Shown piece after piece: positions 1 to 8,351 of a stretch of DNA of 24,616 bases. The position numbers and the translations under genes are program-made. The DNA is from a bacterium (GTDB lineage Bacteria; Krumholzibacteriota; Krumholzibacteriia; LZORAL124-64-63): contig JANOEP010000031.1 in assembly GCA_031441465.1 (NCBI GenBank), positions 1 through 24,616 on the forward strand, written 5' to 3'. The notes beneath the pieces were generated by a model, which was not told the origin of the DNA, searched no databases, and was given only the letters and a program-made list of their open reading frames with translations. Every line of letters starts with the position of its first letter. Position 1 is the stretch's first letter.

Positions 1-95
1 TGGCGACGACCGACCTGTCGTACCGCCTGGCGACCAGGATCCTGAGCATGAGGTACACGCAGCTGCGCGAAGCCATCGGCGGCCGCGTCCGCTAG
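1..95 (+). CDS. flgB: Flagellar basal-body rod protein FlgB, C-terminal fragment (5' end outside the window)
   Basis: The frame starting at nt 3 reads ATTDLSYRLATRILSMRYTQLREAIGGRVR* (TAG 93-95). This fits the FlgB C-terminal helix, and the ORF lies directly upstream of flgC. Confidence 0.75.
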   Translation, partial: ATTDLSYRLATRILSMRYTQLREAIGGRVR

Positions 96-112
96 CGTGA
101 GGGGAGAGTGAC

Positions 113-622
113 GTGAGCGACGGACTGTTCCGATCCATCCACATCAGCGGCACCGGCTTGTCCGGCATGCGCACGAAAATGGACACGGTCGCCAAGAATC
201 TTGCCAATGCCGAAACCACGCGGACCGCCGACGGGACGCCCTACCGGCGCGAGCGCGTGGTGTTCGAGCAGACCCTGGCCGAACGCCTCGGCGCGCGGGC
301 CCTGCCGGCTCCCGAGCAGCGGGGGCAGGGCGGTCTGTCCCGCACCCACCGCGGCCACCTCGCCGGCGGCGGCGCCTCCGGCGGCGCGCTCATGCCGCGC
401 GGGGTCGAGACCGGCGTCGAGGTGTCGCCCGACGCCTCGGAGTTCAAGGTCGTCTACGACCCGGGGCATCCGGACGCGGACCAGGACGGCTACGTGCTGA
501 TGCCCAACGTCAACGTCATCACCGAAATGGTGGACATGATCACGGCGAGCCGGGCCTACGAAGCGAACGTCTCGGCGGTGCAGACCGCCAAGGAGATGTT
601 CGGCAAGGCCCTGGACATCTGA
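113..622 (+). CDS. flgC: Flagellar basal-body rod protein FlgC
   Basis: N-terminal SGxGL..R.KMD..A.NLANAETTRT..G.PYRR and C-terminal YDPGHPDAD..GYV.MPNVN...EM.DMI.ASRAYEAN. GTG start after a GGGGAG RBS. Confidence 0.97.
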   Translation: MSDGLFRSIHISGTGLSGMRTKMDTVAKNLANAETTRTADGTPYRRERVVFEQTLAERLGARALPAPEQRGQGGLSRTHRGHLAGGGASGGALMPRGVETGVEVSPDASEFKVVYDPGHPDADQDGYVLMPNVNVITEMVDMITASRAYEANVSAVQTAKEMFGKALDI

Positions 623-636
623 TAGGGGGGGACGAA

Positions 637-945
637 GTGGCCATCAGCAGCGTGAGGATGCCCGGAACGATCGACCCGCGCCTGGCCTACGGGACCACGG
701 CGGCGGTCCCGCCGCCGACCGGAGGCGCCAGCTTCGCCGAAGCGCTGAAGAGCGCGGTCCAGTCCGTCGACGGCGCCCAGACGCACCGCAACGACATGGT
801 CGAAGGCGCCGTCACCGGCCGGGTGGGCGAGGTCCACGACGTCATGGTCGCGGCCGAGGAGGCCCAGCTGGCCTTCGAACTGATGCTCGAGGTCCGCAAC
901 CGCCTGCTCGAGAGCTACCAGCAGGTCATGCAGATGCAGATGTGA
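637..945 (+). CDS. fliE: Flagellar hook-basal body protein FliE
   Basis: SFAEALKSAV...VHDVMVAAEEAQLAFELMLEVRNRLLESYQQVMQMQM is the typical FliE C-terminus. Position between flgC and fliF. Confidence 0.95.
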   Translation: MAISSVRMPGTIDPRLAYGTTAAVPPPTGGASFAEALKSAVQSVDGAQTHRNDMVEGAVTGRVGEVHDVMVAAEEAQLAFELMLEVRNRLLESYQQVMQMQM

Positions 946-1000
946 TCGGATCGACGTCACCGCGCCGCGGCGGCGCTCACGCAGGAGTTGAGGACGCGTC

Positions 1001-2512
1001 ATGAGGCAATTGCTGGACTCCTTGAAGGTCTTCACGGACCGCTTCACGTTCAACCAGAAGATCCTGATGCTGGCGATCGTCGCCGCCGGGGTCCTGAGCG
1101 TGGGCATGTTCGGGGCGTGGCTCAAGAACGAGGAGAAGACCGTCCTGTTCACCAACCTCTCGCCCGAGGACGCGTCGCTGGCGATCTCCGAACTGAACAA
1201 GAAGAACGTCGAGTCCGAACTCACCGACGGCGGCACGACCATCCTGGTGCCCGAGGGCCTGGTTCACAAGCTGCGGGTCGACCTGTCCGCCAAGGGGATC
1301 CCCTCGAGCGGCACCGTCGGGTGGGGCATCTTCGACGGCAAGCAGTACGGGATGACCGAGTTCCTGCAGAACGTCAACTACAAGCGCGCGCTCGAGGGTG
1401 AGCTGACCCAGACCATCGAGTCGATCCAGGGGATCCGCGCCGCCCGCGTCCACCTGGTGATGCCCAAGCCGTCGATCTTCAAGAAGATGCAGGCGCCGGC
1501 CACGGCCTCGGTCGTGCTGACGCTCGGCCAGAGCAGCGTGCTGTCCCCCAACCAGATCCGCGGCATCCAGAGCCTGGTCTCCGGCAGCGTCGAGGGCCTG
1601 GAGTTGCCGAACGTCGCGGTGCTCGACCAGTACGGCGTCGTGCTGTCCGAGAGCTACGATGGCGAGGGTTACGGCGCGTCCGAGGGGCAGCTCGCCCTGA
1701 AGAAGGAGGTCGACGCCTACCTGACCGAGAAGGCCGAGACCATGCTGGCCCGCGTCCTGGGACCCGGCCGCTCCATCGTCCGGGTCGACGCCACGCTGGA
1801 CTTCGACCGCCTCGAGCAGCAGCGCCACAGCTTCGATCCCGAGAAGACCGTGGTGCGCAGCGAGGAGCGGAGCGAAGCCAGCGGCACGCAGGACGGCACC
1901 AACGAGACGTCGACCACCAACTACGAGATCAACGAGGTCATGGAGACGGTCGTCGGCGAGGTCGGCGACGTGAAATCCATGTCGGTGGCCGTCTTCGTCG
2001 ACGGCCGCTACGAGGAGGCCGAGGGCGACGCGGCGCCCGTCTACGCGCCGCTGAGCGACGAGGAACTGCAGCAGATCCAGCGCGTGGTGACCACCGCCGT
2101 GGGCCTGAGCGCGGAGCGGGGCGACCGGATCGAGGTCGTCAACATGCAGTTCCGCGCGCCGGAGGAGGAGGAGCAGGAGAAGGGTGGCCTCGGCGCCCTG
2201 CCGCTCCCGGGTTCGCTGCCGCAGGTGATCGGCAAGGTCCTGCTGTTCGGACTGGCCCTGTTCATGGCGCTGCGCCTGAAGAAGGCCCTGGGCGACATGA
2301 TGGGCCAGCAGATGATCCCGCAGGGCGCGACCCGCGAGGAGTTCGCCGACACGAAATCGGACCTGCTCGACACCGACGAAAGCGTGACCAGCACCGAGAA
2401 CAAGTTGAAGGAGATCCGCGATTACGCGGGCGCGAGCCCCCAGGAGATCGCCGACCTCGTCCAGGCCTGGGTCCACGAAGCCGAGGGCGCCACGGCGTCC
2501 CCGCGCGGCTAG
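1001..2512 (+). CDS. fliF: Flagellar MS-ring protein FliF
   Basis: Two TM segments, GMTEF.Q.VNY.RALEGEL..TI, ARVHLVMP..S.F, ASVVL and RGDRIEVVN motifs. Confidence 0.96.
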   Translation: MRQLLDSLKVFTDRFTFNQKILMLAIVAAGVLSVGMFGAWLKNEEKTVLFTNLSPEDASLAISELNKKNVESELTDGGTTILVPEGLVHKLRVDLSAKGIPSSGTVGWGIFDGKQYGMTEFLQNVNYKRALEGELTQTIESIQGIRAARVHLVMPKPSIFKKMQAPATASVVLTLGQSSVLSPNQIRGIQSLVSGSVEGLELPNVAVLDQYGVVLSESYDGEGYGASEGQLALKKEVDAYLTEKAETMLARVLGPGRSIVRVDATLDFDRLEQQRHSFDPEKTVVRSEERSEASGTQDGTNETSTTNYEINEVMETVVGEVGDVKSMSVAVFVDGRYEEAEGDAAPVYAPLSDEELQQIQRVVTTAVGLSAERGDRIEVVNMQFRAPEEEEQEKGGLGALPLPGSLPQVIGKVLLFGLALFMALRLKKALGDMMGQQMIPQGATREEFADTKSDLLDTDESVTSTENKLKEIRDYAGASPQEIADLVQAWVHEAEGATASPRG

Positions 2513-2524
2513 AGAGGTGCCGAC

Positions 2525-3520
2525 GTGACCACGATGCGCGAGATCGCGATCCTCATGATCTCCCTGGGCCCCAAGGTGGCGGGCCAGATCATGAAGCGAT
2601 TGCCGGAAGAGATGATCGACCGGATCACGGCCGAGATCTCCGAGGTCAAGATGGTCGACGCCGCGGACAAGGCGCAGGCGATCGAGGACTTCGTCGACCT
2701 GCGGCGCAAGGCGGCCGGCGTGGAGTTCGGCGGCGAGAACTCGGCCCTGGAGATCCTCGAGGAGGCCCTGGGCAAGCGCTCGGCCGACTCGGTCATGAAT
2801 CGCGCCACCGGCTACAGCGAACTCGCCGGCTTCGACAACCTCAAGAAGGTCGACGCGCTGACCGTCATGAACTACCTCAAGAACGAGAACGCGCAGACCA
2901 TCGCCCTGGTCCTGTCCCACGTCGATCCCCGCTTCAGCGGGCCGATCATGAAGTTGATGCCGCCCTCCACGCAGGGCAGCATCGCCCACCGCATGGCGAT
3001 TCTGGAGAAACCGAGCCGCGAGGCGCTGCGCCTCGTGGAGAGCATCGTGAGCGCCGCCGTGCAGGGCGAGTACTCGATCGACACCAAGAAGTTCGGCGGC
3101 CGCAAGCAGGTGGCCGCGCTGCTGAACGAGATCGACCAGGAGAGCTGGCTCGAGATCATCGACGACATGCGCGAGATCGACGACGAGTGCGCCAACGAGA
3201 TCAAGAACCTGATGTTCGTCTTCGAGGACCTGATCAACCTGGACGACCGCTACATCCAGGACGTGCTCAAGGAGGTCCCGGGCAAGGACCTGGCGCTCGC
3301 GCTGAAGGGGACGCCGCAGAACATCCAGGAGAAGATCTTCCGCAACATGTCCAAGCGCGCGACCGTGAGCATCAAGGAGGACATGGAGTACATGGGGGCC
3401 GTCCCGCTGACCGACGTCGAGGAGGCGCAGTCGAAGATGGTGGCCGTCGTGCGGCGCCTGATGGACGAGGGCGTCATCACGCTCGGAAAGGGCGGCGGCA
3501 GTGCGTCCATGGTCTCCTGA
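2525..3520 (+). CDS. fliG: Flagellar motor switch protein FliG
   Basis: AILMISLG, QTIALVLSH, GG linker, MFVFEDL, LALALKG and NMSKRA...EDMEYMG...DVEEAQ motifs. GTG start after an AGAGGT RBS. Confidence 0.96.
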   Translation: MTTMREIAILMISLGPKVAGQIMKRLPEEMIDRITAEISEVKMVDAADKAQAIEDFVDLRRKAAGVEFGGENSALEILEEALGKRSADSVMNRATGYSELAGFDNLKKVDALTVMNYLKNENAQTIALVLSHVDPRFSGPIMKLMPPSTQGSIAHRMAILEKPSREALRLVESIVSAAVQGEYSIDTKKFGGRKQVAALLNEIDQESWLEIIDDMREIDDECANEIKNLMFVFEDLINLDDRYIQDVLKEVPGKDLALALKGTPQNIQEKIFRNMSKRATVSIKEDMEYMGAVPLTDVEEAQSKMVAVVRRLMDEGVITLGKGGGSASMVS

Positions 3521-4202
3521 CGACCTCATCGCCGAGGCCTCGGCCGCCGTCGCGCTGCTGGACACGCCGGGAGCGGCCGGCGGCCGGCTGGAACTGGAGC
3601 GCGGCCTCAGCTTCGTCGAGGACTTCCCGGCCGACGGGCTCGGCGGGTTCCTGCACCGCCTCGACGCCCAGGAGCGCGAGACCCTGTTCAAGCTTGTGGA
3701 GACCGAGGTGCGCGGCGGGGTCTCCCGCCAGTTGCGCCTCGACAACGAGCAGTGGCGTCAGGGCATCGACGAGACGATCCGCAGCCTGGCCGTCGCCGTG
3801 CAGGCGCGCGTCGCGGACGAATTGCACGACGTCGCCCGCAACGCCGTGGAACTGTCCATCGCCATGGCCGAGCAGATCCTGCGCCGGGCCGTCGTCCTGG
3901 ATCGCGACGTCCTGCTGAAGGCCGTCGAGACCATCATCTTCCGCGCGGAACGCGGCACCAGCTTCAACCTCATCGCCAACCCGGCGGACGTGGCGGCGCT
4001 CCAGGACCACGCCGACACGCTACGCGAGCTGAACATCGTCAGCGTCAATCCGGACCGCCGCATCGAGCGCGGCGGCTGTGTGATCAACGCCGGCGGGCGC
4101 GAGTGGGACTACACCGTCGGCGGCCGCTTCGAGCGGCTGTCGGAGGTCGTCCGCGAGAGCATGCTGGAGACGCCCGAGGAGCTCCCGGGAGGCAAGACGT
4201 GA
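3501..4202 (+). CDS. fliH: Flagellar export protein FliH (divergent N-terminal half)
   Basis: Position between fliG and fliI. FliH/SctL-type C-terminus (LSIAMAEQIL..., ANPAD, PDRRIERGGCVI) and an N-terminal Trp (RPW). Confidence 0.8.
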   Translation: MRPWSPDDLIAEASAAVALLDTPGAAGGRLELERGLSFVEDFPADGLGGFLHRLDAQERETLFKLVETEVRGGVSRQLRLDNEQWRQGIDETIRSLAVAVQARVADELHDVARNAVELSIAMAEQILRRAVVLDRDVLLKAVETIIFRAERGTSFNLIANPADVAALQDHADTLRELNIVSVNPDRRIERGGCVINAGGREWDYTVGGRFERLSEVVRESMLETPEELPGGKT

Positions 4203-5515
4203 GCCTGCCCTGGGCCGAGACCATCAAGACGGTGCGCCGCACCGATTCGGTGCGCGGCAACGGCACGGTGTCGGGCATCAAGGGCCTGTCGGTCGAGATC
4301 CTCGGCCTCACCGCCGCGGTGGGCACGGTGTGCAGCATCGACGTGGGGCGCGCCGCCGTACCCATCCTGGCCGAGGTCGTGGGGTTCCGCGACGGCTGCG
4401 CCATCGCCATGCCCTACCGCACCATGGCCGGCATCGCGCCCGGCCAGAAAGCCACGATCGTCGCCAACGCCCTGACCGTGCCCGCCGACGAGCGCCTGCT
4501 GGGGCGCATCCTGGACGGCCTCGGCACGCCCATCGACGCCGGCGAACCCCTGGTGCACATGCGCGAGCGGACGGTGCGCGCCGATCCGCCGCGGGCCATG
4601 GAACGGATGCGCATCACCGAGGCCATGGCGACCGGGGTGCGTTCGATCGACGGCCTGGTCACGATGGCCAAGGGGCAGCGGCTGGGGATTTTCGCGGGCA
4701 GCGGCGTGGGCAAGAGCGTCCTGCTGGGCATGCTGGCCCGCAACGCCGACGCCGACGTGATCGTCTGCGCCCTGATCGGGGAGCGGGGTCGCGAGGTGCG
4801 CGAGTTCCTGGAGCGTGATCTGGGACCGGAGGGTCTCGCCCGCAGCGTGGTCGTGGTGGTCACCTCCGACGAGAACGCCGTGCTGAGGATCAAGGGCGCC
4901 GAGACGGCCATGACCATCGCCGAGGCTTTCCGGGACAAGGGGCGCAACGTCCTGTTCCTGATGGACTCGGTCACCCGCTACGCGATGGCCCTGCGCGAGA
5001 TCGGACTGGCCGCCGGCGAACCACCGACGACCAAGGGCTACACCCCCTCGGTCTACGCCATGTTGCCCAAGCTGTGCGAGCGCACGGGCTGCTCCGCCGA
5101 CGCCGCCATCACGGCCTTCTTCACGGTGCTGATCGAGGGCGACGACATCCACGACCCGATCGGCGACGCCGTCCGCTCCATCCTCGACGGCCACATCATG
5201 CTCAGCCGGGACCTGGCCCGCGAGGGCCACTACCCGGCCGTGGACGTGCTCGGCAGCATCTCGCGCCTGCGCAACGAGGTCGTGACCCCCGAGGTGCGTG
5301 CCGCCGGCACGAAGCTCATGCGCTGGCTGAAGGCGCTCGAGGACAACCGCGACCTGATCAACATCGGCGCCTACGTGGCCGGTTCCGATCCCCTGGTCGA
5401 TACCGCGCTGTCCAAGCGCGACTCCGTGCGGCGATTCCTCTGCCAGGAGGTCGGCGAACGCTCCTCATGGCATGACACCGTAACATCATTGATGGCATTG
5501 ACTAGCGGGACGTGA
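4199..5515 (+). CDS. fliI: Flagellum-specific export ATPase FliI
   Basis: GQRLGIFAGSGVGKS (Walker A), LIGERGREVREF, MDSVTRYAMALREIGLAAGEPP..KGY.PS and DGHIMLSR. The true start is taken as GTG 4199, overlapping the fliH stop (GTGA). The ORF-track start at 3752 is an upstream extension over fliH. Confidence 0.97.
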   Translation: MSLPWAETIKTVRRTDSVRGNGTVSGIKGLSVEILGLTAAVGTVCSIDVGRAAVPILAEVVGFRDGCAIAMPYRTMAGIAPGQKATIVANALTVPADERLLGRILDGLGTPIDAGEPLVHMRERTVRADPPRAMERMRITEAMATGVRSIDGLVTMAKGQRLGIFAGSGVGKSVLLGMLARNADADVIVCALIGERGREVREFLERDLGPEGLARSVVVVVTSDENAVLRIKGAETAMTIAEAFRDKGRNVLFLMDSVTRYAMALREIGLAAGEPPTTKGYTPSVYAMLPKLCERTGCSADAAITAFFTVLIEGDDIHDPIGDAVRSILDGHIMLSRDLAREGHYPAVDVLGSISRLRNEVVTPEVRAAGTKLMRWLKALEDNRDLINIGAYVAGSDPLVDTALSKRDSVRRFLCQEVGERSSWHDTVTSLMALTSGT

Positions 5516-5518
5516 TGA

Positions 5519-5947
5519 ATGTTTCGCTTCAGACTTGAAAAAGTCCTTCACCACCGCGAGCGCATCGTCGACCGCGAGGCACGGAAACTGCAAGGGATCC
5601 TGTCCGCGGCCCTCCGGCTCGAACGCGAGAACGAGCGCCTCGGCCGGGAGTGCGAGGCGGCCGCGCAGCGGGAAGTCGCCCACGGCTTCGAACTGGTCCG
5701 CATGAAGCGCCTCAGCGATTTCACCGGCGGGCGGCGGCAGCAGATCCACCGCAACGCCGAGCGGGTCCGGCGTATCCGCGTCGAAGCCGAGCAGCAGCGT
5801 CGGATCCTGCTGGCGGCGCAACGCGACAAGAAAGTGCTCGAGCAGCTGCGGGAGCACCAATTGGCGGCCTGGCACGAGCAGGAGCGCCGCGAGGACCGCA
5901 AGCGCATGGATGAAGTGGCCTCACTCAGGTACGGGACGGAGCCATGA
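5519..5947 (+). CDS. fliJ: Flagellar export protein FliJ
   Basis: FRFRLEKVL..R N-terminus, a coiled-coil body and ..KVLEQLRE.....E..RE..K.MDEVA C-terminus. Follows fliI. Confidence 0.9.
   Translation: MFRFRLEKVLHHRERIVDREARKLQGILSAALRLERENERLGRECEAAAQREVAHGFELVRMKRLSDFTGGRRQQIHRNAERVRRIRVEAEQQRRILLAAQRDKKVLEQLREHQLAAWHEQERREDRKRMDEVASLRYGTEP
5577..5593 (+). promoter_or_regulatory. Putative sigma-54 -24/-12 promoter embedded in fliJ
   Basis: AGGCACGGAAACTGCAA has GG(5578-79)-N10-GC(5590-91) and closely matches the TGGCACG-N4-TTGCW consensus. It is encoded with GCA/AAA/CAA codons and preceded by an AT-rich patch. Confidence 0.6.
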
Positions 5948-6480
5948 AGACCATCCTGATCGTCTCGACACTGACGTTCCTGGTGCTGTTCGGCACGATC
6001 ATCATGACCAGCGGCATGCTCGAGAACGTCGTCAAGGGACGGCTCGGCGAGCTGCTCGCTCCGATGACCGGCGGGGGCGACCAGGTCCTCGACGAGACCC
6101 TCGGCCGCCTGGCGCTCGAACGGGACGCCCTGCAGCGCCAGCAAGAGGAGTGGGCCCTGCGCTCGTCCTCCCTCGACGTGGAGCAGAAGGCGTTCGACGA
6201 GGCCCAGTCCCGGTTGCAGGCCCTGGCCACGGAAATCCGGACGGCGCAGGGCGCCCTCGACGCCTCCCACGACGCGGAGATCACGAAGCTGGCGAAAGTC
6301 TACGAGGCCATGAAGCCGGCGAGCGCGGCCCCCATCCTCGCCAGCCTCGACATGGAAATCGTGCTGGAGATCATGAGTCGTCTGAAGGACCGCCAGGCCG
6401 CCCGCATCCTCGCCTTCATGACCCCGGCGCTCGCCGCCGAGATCAGCGCCCGCATGAGCCCCGCGGGAGGCCAATCGTGA
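5944..6480 (+). CDS. YlxF/MotE/FlbB-like flagellar protein (N-terminal TM, coiled coil, MgtE-N-like helical repeats)
   Basis: Hydrophobic N-terminus, then a coiled coil, then LAKVYEAMKPASAAPIL..LD....LEIMSRLKDRQAARILAFM.P..AAEI. Located between fliJ and fliK, as ylxF is in Bacillus. Confidence 0.8.
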   Translation: MKTILIVSTLTFLVLFGTIIMTSGMLENVVKGRLGELLAPMTGGGDQVLDETLGRLALERDALQRQQEEWALRSSSLDVEQKAFDEAQSRLQALATEIRTAQGALDASHDAEITKLAKVYEAMKPASAAPILASLDMEIVLEIMSRLKDRQAARILAFMTPALAAEISARMSPAGGQS

Positions 6481-7676
6481 CCATGATCATGCCGGCCACC
6501 CTGCGCGCGGACGCGCCCGTCGCCCGGCCTCGCCGCGACGAACGCCGCGACGGCGCCGAGGCTTCCCCCTTCGCCTCGACGCTGGCCGCCCAGGAACGGC
6601 ATCCCGCGGCGTCGGCGCACGAAGCCGCAGCACCGGCGGGCGGCCGCGGCCGAACGGGCGACGCCGCGGAGCGGGAGCCCAGGACGAGTGGCGCACAGGG
6701 GAGCCGCCAGGACCCGTCCCGAAACGCTGCGAACGTCGACGGCGCGTCCGACGGCCGCCTCGGCCCATCAAGCTCACGGCCCGGAGCCGGAACGGCGGCG
6801 GTACGCGCCGCCGCCGGCGCCGCGGCCGCTATTCCCGGGGGCTCGACCGCCGCTGCGACGGCGGCCCTCGTCCCCGGCGCTTCAGGCGGCGATCTGGCAT
6901 CCGCCCCCGCCGCCGAGAATGCGGCGGGTAGCGCCGAGTCTGCGACATCGGCGGCCTCGCTCGCGCCGGCGCCCAAGCCAAGCGCCGCGGACCAGGCGGT
7001 CGAATCGGCGGATGCGCCGGCGTCCCAGCCGGCCCCGGCGACCGCGACCGGCGGCCGGCAGGCCGCCGCCGCCCTGGCCGATCAGGCGGCGGTGCTGACG
7101 GCGCTCGCCGGCGACGGCGGAACTGCCGACGGCAGCGCAAGTCAGGGCGGCACCGGTCAGGGCGGCGACAGCGCGCTCCCCGGTCAGGCCGTCCGGGCGG
7201 GCGCAGCGCCGGGCAACGCCTTCGACGCGGCGAGCCTCGCCCTCAGGACGGCGGGTGCCGCCGGCGGTGGCCTTCCGGTCGCCGACGGGATCGAGGCGTC
7301 CGTACCGGCGAGCGTGCGGCGGCAGGTCGTGGCCCGCCTGGCCGGCGAACTCCAGGGACTGGGCGGCAAGGGCGCCCTGCGCCTGCAACTCACGCCCCCG
7401 CAACTCGGCAAGGTCGAGGTCATCTTCGAACGCCACGGACAGGAACTGCACCTGATCTTTCGCGTCGAGACGGCCGAAGCCGCCCGCGCGCTGCGCGACG
7501 GGGCCCATGAACTGACCGCCGCCCTGCTGGATAAGCAGGCTGGCTGGGACCGGGTGAAAGTCGACGTGGAGCGGGAGGAGCCCGAAAAGCACGACGACGG
7601 ACGGGACGACCGTCGCGGCCGGGACGGCCGCCGCGATCGTGACGAACGCGACGGCGAGGAAGGAGCCCGCACATGA
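6477..7676 (+). CDS. fliK: Flagellar hook-length control protein FliK (~399 aa)
   Basis: Ala/Gly/Pro-rich low-complexity N-terminal region and a C-terminal T3S4 domain LRLQLTPPQLGKVEV......L.L.F.VET.EA..AL. The start is taken at GTG 6477, overlapping the previous stop (ATG 6483 is an alternative). Confidence 0.88.
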   Translation: MTMIMPATLRADAPVARPRRDERRDGAEASPFASTLAAQERHPAASAHEAAAPAGGRGRTGDAAEREPRTSGAQGSRQDPSRNAANVDGASDGRLGPSSSRPGAGTAAVRAAAGAAAAIPGGSTAAATAALVPGASGGDLASAPAAENAAGSAESATSAASLAPAPKPSAADQAVESADAPASQPAPATATGGRQAAAALADQAAVLTALAGDGGTADGSASQGGTGQGGDSALPGQAVRAGAAPGNAFDAASLALRTAGAAGGGLPVADGIEASVPASVRRQVVARLAGELQGLGGKGALRLQLTPPQLGKVEVIFERHGQELHLIFRVETAEAARALRDGAHELTAALLDKQAGWDRVKVDVEREEPEKHDDGRDDRRGRDGRRDRDERDGEEGART

Positions 7677-8320
7677 TCGTCAATTCGGTGAGCACGACCC
7701 CGAGCACCTCGACGGCGGAGCGAGGCAGCGCCGAGGAACTCAAGAACGAGTTCCTGAAGCTGTTGATCACCCAGATCAAGAACCAGGACCCCCTGAAGCC
7801 CCTGGACAACGCCGAGTTCACTTCGCAGCTGGCCCAGCTGTCCACGCTGGAGCAGCTGCAGACCATGAACGACTCGATGACCCAGGACCTGGTGTACACC
7901 CAGTCGTTGAACAACACCATGATGCTGGGTCTGGTCGGCCGCACGGCCGTGGTCGAGGGCGACCAGGTGGCCGTGGCGGGCGGCGAGCCCACGCCCAGCC
8001 ACCTCCAGTCCGAGGCGGCCGGCGTGGCGACCGTGACCGTCCGCGACGAGAGCGGCGCCGTGATCCGCACGTTCACGCAGACGGTGGCGGCCGGCTGGTC
8101 GGAGTTGACCTGGGACGGCCTGGGCGCCGACGGCCAGGCGGCGGCGGACGGGGACTACACGCTGAGCGTCGAGGTGGCCGACGGCGAGGGCGCCGACGTC
8201 GAGTCGGTCGTCTACATGTCGGGCCTGGTCGAGAGCATCCGGTTCGAGAACAACCTGGCGCTGCTGCACATCGCAGGCCGTGACTATTACGCTTCCGAGA
8301 TCGCCCGCGTGGGGATCTGA
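7673..8320 (+). CDS. flgD: Flagellar hook capping protein FlgD
   Basis: FLKLLITQIKNQDPLKPLDNAEFTSQLAQLSTLEQL, followed by the FlgD Ig domain (V.VRD.SG..IRT...WDG...G....DG.Y). Confidence 0.96.
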   Translation: MIVNSVSTTPSTSTAERGSAEELKNEFLKLLITQIKNQDPLKPLDNAEFTSQLAQLSTLEQLQTMNDSMTQDLVYTQSLNNTMMLGLVGRTAVVEGDQVAVAGGEPTPSHLQSEAAGVATVTVRDESGAVIRTFTQTVAAGWSELTWDGLGADGQAAADGDYTLSVEVADGEGADVESVVYMSGLVESIRFENNLALLHIAGRDYYASEIARVGI

Positions 8321-8351
8321 ACCTGCGGGCGACCGCGACAAGGAGGAACAC

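Noticed and set aside
7590..7660. Repetitive GACG-rich stretch at the end of fliK
   Set aside because: It encodes a low-complexity Asp/Arg/Gly tail typical of FliK. There is no regular repeat-spacer structure, so it is not a CRISPR array.
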